From Nonlabens ponticola (GTDB taxonomy: Bacteria > Bacteroidota > Bacteroidia > Flavobacteriales > Flavobacteriaceae), in contig NZ_CP034549.1 in assembly GCF_003966335.1 (NCBI RefSeq), positions 840,001-872,000 on the forward strand: a DNA stretch of 32,000 nucleotides, written 5' to 3'. The position numbers and the translations under genes were made by a program. The notes below the pieces were generated by a model that had not been told where the DNA came from, searched no databases, and saw only the letters and a list, made by a program, of their open reading frames with translations. Shown here one piece after another: positions 23,962 through 31,011 of the stretch (position 1 is the stretch's first letter; every line of letters starts with the position of its first letter).

Positions 23962-25024
23962 GATTTTACTCATCTATACCGGAGGTACGATAGGTATGAT
24001 CAAGGATCCAGAAACGCAGGCGCTCAAATCTTTCAATTTTGATGAGTTGCTGTTGCATATTCCAGAGATCAAATTGCTGGATTGTGAGATAAGTACGACC
24101 TCGTTCAAGCAACCTATCGATTCGTCAGACATGAACATTCATCACTGGCGCCACATAGGCGATGTGATCCATGATGCATACGATGATTATGAGGGTTTTG
24201 TGGTATTGCACGGTAGCGATACGATGTCCTATACGGGTAGTGCGCTTAGTTTCATGTTTGAAAACCTTACCAAGCCCATCATTTTCACAGGTTCCCAATT
24301 ACCTATTGGTGACTTGAGGACAGATGCCAAAGAAAATTTGATCACCAGCCTGCAGCTCGCTATCCAGCAAGAGCGTGGCAAGCCAGTGATTCAAGAAGTC
24401 TGCATTTATTTTGAATATCAATTATATCGAGCCAACCGCACGGTCAAGGCAAATGCTGAGCATTTTGAGGCTTTCAAGTCGCCCAACTATCCGCCGCTTG
24501 CGATAAGTGGTGTGATGCTCAATATTGATAAGTCATTGTTGTGGCAAGGTGATTATGATTATTTAGCTTTCGCGAAAGCTGACAAACCCAAAACACCTAA
24601 ACAAAAAGAAAGGATGTTCTACCGTCCAGAATTTGTGGACAAAGTAGTGGTACTCAAAATATTCCCTGGAATAACGCAAGCTGTGGTAAGTGCCATTTGC
24701 AACATAGAAGGCATCAAGGGAATCATTCTTGAATCCTATGGCAGTGGCAACGCGCCAACTGAGGATTGGTTCCTAAATACAATTGTGAGCGCTATAAAAA
24801 AAGGAATTAAAGTAGTGAATGTTACCCAATGTCATGGCGGTAGCGTGATGATGGGTAAGTATGAGACCAGTGTACAGTTGTTGTCTATGGGCGTCATATC
24901 AGGCAAGGATATCACCACCGAGGCTGCGCTTGCCAAAATGATGTATCTACTTAATTATGCGACAGATAAAGAGACATTCTCTAGCTATTTTACCAAGTCC
25001 TTGAGAGGTGAGCTTACCGAATAG
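23951..25024 (+). CDS. ansA: L-asparaginase, type I (cytoplasmic)
   Basis: LLIYTGGTIGM (catalytic Thr), VVLHGSDTMSYT and ILESYGSGNAP. Confidence 0.88.
   Translation: MKPRILLIYTGGTIGMIKDPETQALKSFNFDELLLHIPEIKLLDCEISTTSFKQPIDSSDMNIHHWRHIGDVIHDAYDDYEGFVVLHGSDTMSYTGSALSFMFENLTKPIIFTGSQLPIGDLRTDAKENLITSLQLAIQQERGKPVIQEVCIYFEYQLYRANRTVKANAEHFEAFKSPNYPPLAISGVMLNIDKSLLWQGDYDYLAFAKADKPKTPKQKERMFYRPEFVDKVVVLKIFPGITQAVVSAICNIEGIKGIILESYGSGNAPTEDWFLNTIVSAIKKGIKVVNVTQCHGGSVMMGKYETSVQLLSMGVISGKDITTEAALAKMMYLLNYATDKETFSSYFTKSLRGELTE
24563..24580. repeat. Palindrome family copy 9, inside ansA
   Basis: TTAGCTTTCGCGAAAGCT. It is read on the plus strand as L-A-F-A-K-A-D. Confidence 0.95.
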
Positions 25025-25071
25025 GATATTGCTTGCTCAACAGTTTATAAAATTGTAATCTTGCACCATCT

Positions 25072-25156
25072 AGTGAGGTGGCCGAGCGGTCGAAGGCGCA
25101 CGCCTGGAAAGCGTGTAAACGGCAACGTTTCGAGGGTTCGAATCCCTTCCTCACTG
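25072..25156 (+). tRNA. tRNA-Ser (anticodon GGA)
   Basis: Hand-folded cloverleaf. Acceptor AGTGAGG/CCTCACT. D arm GCC...GGC. Anticodon stem CACGC/GCGTG with loop CTGGAAA. Long variable arm AAACG-GCA-CGTTT. T arm GAGGG-TTCGAAT-CCCTT. CCA is not encoded. Confidence 0.9.
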
Positions 25157-25165
25157 CAACGTGAT

Positions 25166-25206
25166 AAATCCCAATTCTTAGTTTAGAATCGGGATTTTTT
25201 GTTTTT
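25166..25206 (+). terminator. Intrinsic terminator after tRNA-Ser
   Basis: 11-bp stem ATCCCAATTCT/AGAATCGGGAT with one mismatch and a 6-nt loop, followed by TTTTTTGTTTTT. Confidence 0.75.
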
Positions 25207-25362
25207 GGTTGCAATTGGGAGTTGAGGATGCCTCAGGAAAAATCTTTGTTTTATTACAAGTATTATTCTGATATCTGAAAATTATTTCCAATGAAATAGC
25301 TTGTCAAGATCTGGAAATGGGCAATTAATTGCTTCTATAGGTTTAATGTTTAGGGTGATTTT

Positions 25363-25383
25363 GTTTTCGCGAAAGCGTAATTA
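25363..25383. repeat. Palindrome family copy 10 (one core mismatch), intergenic downstream of tRNA-Ser
   Basis: GtTTTCGCGAAAGCGTAATTA. Confidence 0.85.
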
Positions 25384-25572
25384 CAACGATCCATACCTCT
25401 ATATGATACGTATGTAAACGATAGAAAGATATTCATTAGGCGTTACTAAAGTCAGGCCTCGCTCATAAGGGTAAAATAATTCAATACCTAATGCTTAATA
25501 ATTCGGTTTGTAAGGAAGAAATTATATATTTAGCCCTTTGTTAGAAAATTACATAAATCAATAAATTTTAAA

Positions 25573-26355
25573 ATGAAACGATCACTTTCAATTTTGTTCA
25601 TGGCAGTCGTTATGGTATTAGGTATGTCAACTACTGCGACGGCAACTACAACAACTACAACCGCTGCGGTTACTACTATGGTAACAACGCAGGATGAGCC
25701 AGCTACTACAGAGAATGTAAGCTTTCACCAGGAACTCAAGAAGAGATTCATTGAAGGTGGCCCAATCTTTATGTCTATCGTACTGGTTTGTTTGATTCTA
25801 GGTCTTGCAATCGCTATTGAACGCATTATTTATTTGAACCTATCCACTACGAATTCAAAGAAGCTAGCTGCTGATGTTGAGGAAGCATTGAAATCTGGTG
25901 GTATCGAGGCTGCTAAGGATGTGTGTCGCAACACAAAAGGTCCTGTTGCTTCTATCTACTATCAAGGTCTTGACAGAGCCGATGAGAGTGTTGAGGCTGC
26001 TGAGAAAGCTGTCGTGGCTTACGGTGGTGTTCAAATGGGACAACTTGAAAAGAACGTATCATGGGTATCCTTGTTTATTGCTCTTGCACCTATGCTTGGG
26101 TTTATGGGTACGGTAATAGGTATGATCAAGTCATTTGATAGTATTGCCGAGGCTGGTACTATGGAGCCTGCACTTGTTGCAACAGGTATCAAGGTAGCAC
26201 TTCTTACAACCGTATTTGGTCTTATCGTAGCGATCATCCTTCAAATCTTTTACAACTATATCGTTGCAAAGATTGATAGTATCGTGAACGACATGGAAGA
26301 TGCTTCTATTACTCTTATCGACATCCTTGTAGACTACAAGAACGGTAAGCTGTAA
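25573..26355 (+). CDS. exbB: MotA/TolQ/ExbB proton channel protein
   Basis: Signal-like N-terminus, then a Thr-rich segment, and three TM segments with the conserved LAPMLGFMGTVIGMI...ALLTTVFGL core. Confidence 0.88.
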   Translation: MKRSLSILFMAVVMVLGMSTTATATTTTTTAAVTTMVTTQDEPATTENVSFHQELKKRFIEGGPIFMSIVLVCLILGLAIAIERIIYLNLSTTNSKKLAADVEEALKSGGIEAAKDVCRNTKGPVASIYYQGLDRADESVEAAEKAVVAYGGVQMGQLEKNVSWVSLFIALAPMLGFMGTVIGMIKSFDSIAEAGTMEPALVATGIKVALLTTVFGLIVAIILQIFYNYIVAKIDSIVNDMEDASITLIDILVDYKNGKL

Positions 26356-26380
26356 GTAACCCTTTAATTTATAACTCATT

Positions 26381-26845
26381 ATGCTTTTACATAAAGTTTT
26401 AAAATATCTATCGCTAGTCTTATGTCTAGTAGCGGCAGGTTTCTTTATTTACACCTTGAGTGTAGGTGATGAGCCTATCCAGATGGACGATACTGGTAGC
26501 GTTCAAAACGCGACCATCGCACCTATGATGTACATTGCTTACATCACTATGGCAATTATTCTTTTAGTAGTATTATTCTTTGTTTTTGTTAATCTATTCA
26601 GTAGTCCCGAGGCTCTTAAAAAGTCGCTATTATCAGTTGGTATACTTGTTGCGATAATTGCTATTGCATACTTTGTTTTTGCAACGGGTGATGATGTGAG
26701 CAACTACACGCTTGCAGATGGTGAGACACTATCCGCTGGAGAATCAAAGGCAATAGGAGCGGCCATATGGACGTTCTATATAATAGCAATCCTTGCCGTA
26801 GGATCCATCCTATTTGCTGGGGCTACTAAATTGATAAAAAGATAA
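26381..26845 (+). CDS. Hypothetical 4-TM membrane protein inside the exb operon
   Basis: Four clear hydrophobic segments. It lies 25 nt after exbB and 3 nt before exbD. No family recognised. Confidence 0.6.
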   Translation: MLLHKVLKYLSLVLCLVAAGFFIYTLSVGDEPIQMDDTGSVQNATIAPMMYIAYITMAIILLVVLFFVFVNLFSSPEALKKSLLSVGILVAIIAIAYFVFATGDDVSNYTLADGETLSAGESKAIGAAIWTFYIIAILAVGSILFAGATKLIKR

Positions 26846-26848
26846 ATT

Positions 26849-27472
26849 ATGGCTAGAAGATCTGCACCCGAAGTAAATGCTGGATCTATGGCAGATATAG
26901 CATTTCTGCTATTGATATTTTTCCTGGTAACTACAACTATTGAAGTTGATAGTGGTATTCCTAGTAAGTTGCCACCACCGCTTCCAGATAACGTAGAGCC
27001 ACCTAAGATCAAGCAAAAGAACATTTTTCAGGTTCTTGTGAATCAGAATAATCAACTGCTTGTTGAGGATGATGTAATGGAAGTAAAGGATTTGACCGAA
27101 GCTGCTGTTGCATTCCTAGACAATGGTGGTGGTGAAGGTCGTGATGCATGTGCCTACTGTCAAGGTGATCGTGATCCAGAAAGCTCAGACAATCCTAAGA
27201 AAGCCGTAATTTCTCTAGTAAATGATAGGCAAGCTACCTATGCGATGTACACGACCGTTTTCAACGAGTTGGTAAAAGCATACACCACCTTGCGTAATCG
27301 TGAGTCTAGTCGTCGTTATAACGAGACCTATGAGTCTATGTATATGCGTTATAAGGAATGGCCAGAAACAGAAAAGGAAACTCCAGAATACGAGAAGCTA
27401 CAAGAACAGATTGATGAGATACAGGAATTGTATCCTCGTAACCTGTCTGAAGCAGAACCTCAAAATATTTAA
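26849..27472 (+). CDS. exbD: ExbD/TolR family protein (long form)
   Basis: N-terminus NAGSMADIAFLLLIFFLVTT is typical of ExbD. It carries extra Cys-containing and acidic C-terminal segments. Confidence 0.82.
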   Translation: MARRSAPEVNAGSMADIAFLLLIFFLVTTTIEVDSGIPSKLPPPLPDNVEPPKIKQKNIFQVLVNQNNQLLVEDDVMEVKDLTEAAVAFLDNGGGEGRDACAYCQGDRDPESSDNPKKAVISLVNDRQATYAMYTTVFNELVKAYTTLRNRESSRRYNETYESMYMRYKEWPETEKETPEYEKLQEQIDEIQELYPRNLSEAEPQNI

Positions 27473-27475
27473 TCA

Positions 27476-27964
27476 ATGTCAAAGTTTAAAAAGCAAAAGA
27501 GCGGCGATTTACCAGCTATTTCTACAGCGTCTTTACCAGATATTGTATTTATGCTTCTGTTCTTTTTCATGGTTGCTACCGTGATGAGAGAAGATGAATT
27601 GCAGATTGAGAATAACTTGCCTTTAGCAAATCAAGTTGAAAAACTTGCCGCTAAAAACAAGCTAGTTTACATCTACATAGGGAAGCCTAGCGCACAGTAT
27701 CAAGCGAGATATGGTACTAATGATGTCATCCAGTTGGGTGATAAAATATCAACTGTTAGCGAGGTACAGACTTATGTGAACACGCGCAGGAACGACATGC
27801 CAGAAGATATACAAGACGAGATGATGGTATCTCTTAAGGTAGATCGCAATTCTAAGGTAGGTCAACTTACTGATGTCAAGCAGGAACTGCGTGATGCGAT
27901 GGCTCTTAAGATTAACTATACGGCAAAACAAGGTGACCCAATGCGCAACGTGCGTAACAGGTAA
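27476..27964 (+). CDS. exbD: ExbD/TolR family protein
   Basis: N-terminus STASLPDIVFMLLFFFMVAT and a periplasmic domain. Confidence 0.82.
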   Translation: MSKFKKQKSGDLPAISTASLPDIVFMLLFFFMVATVMREDELQIENNLPLANQVEKLAAKNKLVYIYIGKPSAQYQARYGTNDVIQLGDKISTVSEVQTYVNTRRNDMPEDIQDEMMVSLKVDRNSKVGQLTDVKQELRDAMALKINYTAKQGDPMRNVRNR

Positions 27965-27990
27965 AACCTGACAATTTATAATTTACAGGA

Positions 27991-28017
27991 ACCACCTCAA
28001 GTTGAGGTGGTTTTTTA
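27991..28017 (+). terminator. Intrinsic terminator after the exb operon
   Basis: CCACCTCAA-G-TTGAGGTGG hairpin followed by TTTTTT. Confidence 0.8.
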
Positions 28018-28050
28018 TTGTTATCTATCTAGATCAACTATCTTTATTTT

Positions 28051-28770
28051 ATGAAAAAGGCGCTCCTTAGCTTTTTGTTTTTACTCACTTGTTTTCTATC
28101 GCATGCACAGCCGCCTAACCTGCCACGCGATGAGAATGCTATACCTGATGTGGTGGATAGCTTATATAGAGAAGATCAGTTTTATATAGGACTGTCCTTC
28201 AATCTTATAAATAATGAACCTGACGATTTTTCCCAAAATGGTTTCTCTGGTGGTCTTCATGTAGGGTTTATACGTGACATGCCTATTAATAAGCGTCGCA
28301 ACGTTGCTATAGGTTTAGGCTTGGGTCTTTCTACTAATACGTATAACTCCAACCTGTTTATAGGCGAAGTTGCTGGTGAGCAATCTGTTTTTTCTATTCT
28401 TGACGAGAGCGAGATCGATTTTAATACAAATCGTTTCAATACCAATCTGGTAGAAGTTCCCATACAGTTGCGCTGGCGCACGAGTACGCCTACCACTTTC
28501 AATTTTTGGCGTATCTATTCTGGTATAAAGCTAGGATACATTTACTACTTCAAATCCTCGTATAGATCCGATACGCAACGATTCACGCAAACGCGCGTTG
28601 ATGAGCTCAATAGAATACGTTATGCCGCCACTTTATCAGTTGGTAATGGTAGTTTCAATGCTTTTGTACACTATAATCTCAACACCTTGTTTAACGATAG
28701 CGCCAGGATTGATGGAGCGGCAATTAATTTGCAGCCTATCAAGTTTGGGATAGAGTTCTACTTACTCTAG
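28051..28770 (+). CDS. Outer-membrane beta-barrel protein, PorT family-like
   Basis: Signal peptide MKKALLSFLFLLTCFLSHA, alternating beta-strand pattern and C-terminal KFGIEFYLL. The size and pattern resemble PorT/porin family proteins of Bacteroidota. Confidence 0.55.
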   Translation: MKKALLSFLFLLTCFLSHAQPPNLPRDENAIPDVVDSLYREDQFYIGLSFNLINNEPDDFSQNGFSGGLHVGFIRDMPINKRRNVAIGLGLGLSTNTYNSNLFIGEVAGEQSVFSILDESEIDFNTNRFNTNLVEVPIQLRWRTSTPTTFNFWRIYSGIKLGYIYYFKSSYRSDTQRFTQTRVDELNRIRYAATLSVGNGSFNAFVHYNLNTLFNDSARIDGAAINLQPIKFGIEFYLL

Positions 28771-29372
28771 TAGATATAATAGATCGACACGATAACTTGT
28801 GGTATAATCCCTAAAGCTGTTCCTATTGCAAGTTCATAGCCATCGTGAGCCTTCATGGATAATCTTGAAGTGGCGGTTAATCCTGCTATAAGAATTAGTG
28901 ACGTGATCAAATAAATTAAATTGAGTTCCAGTACGATTGCTAGCATAATGATAAAAGTTGTGGCACCAGCTACAGCCATCATGTGTAAACTACACTTGAA
29001 GTGAACGATACCTAGTACAAGCGCGGCTACGCTGCTCATTAGAATCCCTACATAAAAATAATAGAGAGCGAAATCTGTATCGTCGTCAAGAATTCCTTTA
29101 AGTAAAAAGATGATGAGAATACAGTAAACCACTAAAGGTATAAGCCTATCTTTTACATTAGGCAAGTGAATACTATCCACCTTTTTCAAGATTTTTAGAG
29201 CAGTGTAAGCAAGCAATGGCAGTACCATTGTAACCACTACAATCATATACATTTTAAAGTCCAGCGACGGCTCTTGATTTATACCTTGATAACTCAAGTA
29301 CCATATGGACACCGCAGCAGGCACAAAAAGCGGGTTCACAACATAGCTCCACGCTTTTAGAAACCACTTCAT
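28767..29372 (-). CDS. Polytopic membrane protein, weak PAP2-like C-terminal motif
   Basis: About 6 TM segments. SRLSMKAHDGYE loosely resembles the PAP2 SRxxxxxHxxxD motif. The assignment is tentative. Confidence 0.45.
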   Translation of the reverse strand: MKWFLKAWSYVVNPLFVPAAVSIWYLSYQGINQEPSLDFKMYMIVVVTMVLPLLAYTALKILKKVDSIHLPNVKDRLIPLVVYCILIIFLLKGILDDDTDFALYYFYVGILMSSVAALVLGIVHFKCSLHMMAVAGATTFIIMLAIVLELNLIYLITSLILIAGLTATSRLSMKAHDGYELAIGTALGIIPQVIVSIYYIY

Positions 29373-29375
29373 AGG

Positions 29376-30824
29376 CTATATTTCCTTACGTAGTCTAGCT
29401 ACTGGTATGTCTAGCTGCTCACGATACTTGGCAACTGTACGTCGTGCGATGGGATAACCTTTTTCTTTGAGGATTTCGGCTAGCTTCTGGTCAGTGAGTG
29501 GTTTTTTCTTGCTTTCCTCACTGATGACTGTCTCAAGAATCTTCTTGATCTCTCGCGTAGATACCTCTTCTCCATCAGTATTTGTCATGGATTCAGAAAA
29601 GAATTCTTTGATCAATTTAGTACCGTAAGGTGTGTCAACATATTTTGAATTTGCTACACGTGATACGGTAGAAACATCCATATGGATCTCGTCTGCAATA
29701 TCCTTGAGAATCATGGGTCTCAAGTTGCGTTCATCTCCTGTTAGGAAATATTCTTTTTGATAGTTCATGATGGATGACATGGTCATAAACAATGTCTCTT
29801 GGCGCTGTTTGATGGCTTCTATGAACCATTTGGCACCATCAAGCTTTTGCTTGATGAACATCACCGCATCTTTTTGCGATTTGGTTTTTTCCTTGGCTTC
29901 CTTGTAGCCTTTCAGCATGTTGGAATAGTCACGAGACACGTGCAACTGTGGTGTGTTGCGACCATTAAGTGTTAATTCTAGCTCACCATCTTTTATACGT
30001 ATAGCAAAATCTGGAACCACTTGCTCCACAATGCGTGTGCTGCCGCCAGCATAGGAGCTACCAGGCTTAGGGTTTAAGTGGCTTATCTCATCAATGGCAT
30101 CGCGCAATTGAATCTCGTCAATGTTATACTTTGCGAGTAACTTCTTGTAATGCTTCTTGCTAAATGCATCAAAGGATTCACTCACCATCTTCAAGGCAAG
30201 ATCTGTTGTTGGATTGTTACGCTTTCGCGAAAGCTGAATCACTAAACACTCCTTCAAATCTCTAGCGCCTACACCAGCTGGATCCAGATCGTGCACGACT
30301 TTAAGAACGCGCTCCACGGTCTCAACATCAGTATAGATGTTCATGGTGAAGGCAAGATCATCTGTAATATCCTCGAGCGATCGTCGTATGTAACCACTAC
30401 TGTCGATACTGCCCACAAGAAACTCTGCGATGGCACGATCGTTATCACTCAACCTGCGCGTGTTTAATTGATCTTTAAGCGTTTGGGTAAAGGATTTGCC
30501 GGATGCATACGGTATGCTGGTTTCCTCATCGTCCGCGCTGTAATTATTGGCTCTGGTGCGATATTCTGGTATCTCATCGTCACTCAGGTAGTCATCGACA
30601 TTGATTTCAGGCTCTGGTGCCTCGTCATAATCATTCTCGTTTGAGAACTCGTCATACTCATCATCACTTTTTTCCTTGCCGTTATCCAGCGCTGGATTTT
30701 CCTCAAGCTCTGACTTAACGCGCTGTTCAAAAGCCTGTGTAGGCAGCTGTATCAACTTCATGAGTTGTATTTGCTGCGGCGATAGCTTTTGACTGAGCTT
30801 GAAATTTAAGGACTGTTTAAGCAT
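29376..30824 (-). CDS. rpoN: RNA polymerase sigma-54 factor
   Basis: N-terminal Gln/Leu-rich region, an acidic region, and the C-terminal RpoN box ARRTVAKYREQL. Confidence 0.92.
   Translation of the reverse strand: MLKQSLNFKLSQKLSPQQIQLMKLIQLPTQAFEQRVKSELEENPALDNGKEKSDDEYDEFSNENDYDEAPEPEINVDDYLSDDEIPEYRTRANNYSADDEETSIPYASGKSFTQTLKDQLNTRRLSDNDRAIAEFLVGSIDSSGYIRRSLEDITDDLAFTMNIYTDVETVERVLKVVHDLDPAGVGARDLKECLVIQLSRKRNNPTTDLALKMVSESFDAFSKKHYKKLLAKYNIDEIQLRDAIDEISHLNPKPGSSYAGGSTRIVEQVVPDFAIRIKDGELELTLNGRNTPQLHVSRDYSNMLKGYKEAKEKTKSQKDAVMFIKQKLDGAKWFIEAIKQRQETLFMTMSSIMNYQKEYFLTGDERNLRPMILKDIADEIHMDVSTVSRVANSKYVDTPYGTKLIKEFFSESMTNTDGEEVSTREIKKILETVISEESKKKPLTDQKLAEILKEKGYPIARRTVAKYREQLDIPVARLRKEI
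30217..30234. repeat. Palindrome family copy 11, inside rpoN
   Basis: TTACGCTTTCGCGAAAGC. It is read on the minus strand as Q-L-S-R-K-R-N. Confidence 0.95.
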
Positions 30825-30949
30825 GTTGGTTTACTTGGACTGCTAAAAATAGAGAAAGCGATCAGGAATTAGGGTAACGAAATTATAAATTAATCCTTTC
30901 AGCTTTTTTTCTACCATCATGATATGAATTCGTTGAAATTTTATTTTTA

Positions 30950-30983
30950 CCAAAAAGCCCAATCGCTTGAGATTGGGCTTTTG
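30950..30983 (-). terminator. Intrinsic terminator after asnS
   Basis: Stem AAAGCCCAATC/GATTGGGCTTT with a 6-nt loop. On the minus strand it is followed by TTTTTGG. Confidence 0.75.
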
Positions 30984-31011
30984 TTATTTAAGACGTGACA
31001 GTAACCAGCTT

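Noticed and set aside
25014-25214. ORF 25014-25214(-), 66 aa
   Set aside because: It is antisense to tRNA-Ser and its terminator, so it is not a plausible gene.
25157-25572. tRNA-Ser 3' flank as an integration site for a genomic island
   Set aside because: I could see no integrase and no direct repeat of the tRNA 3' end. Downstream there is only a 366-nt non-coding gap with one palindrome copy, and then the housekeeping exb operon.
25615-25700. The Thr-rich stretch at the ExbB N-terminus as a DNA tandem repeat
   Set aside because: The codons are varied (ACT, ACA, ACC, ACG, GCG, GCA) with no exact nucleotide periodicity. This is amino-acid low complexity, not a slippage-prone repeat.
104-30234. 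The palindrome family as a CRISPR array, as a parS/centromere array, or as the operator of a specific transcription factor
   Set aside because: It is not a CRISPR array, because the copies are kb apart, irregularly spaced and mostly inside conserved genes. It does not match the parS consensus (TGTTNCACGTGAAACA), and 11 sites in 32 kb is far denser than known parS clusters. A gene-specific operator is unlikely when 7 of 11 sites are intragenic. A global DNA-binding protein remains possible and is kept as a hypothesis in the main finding.
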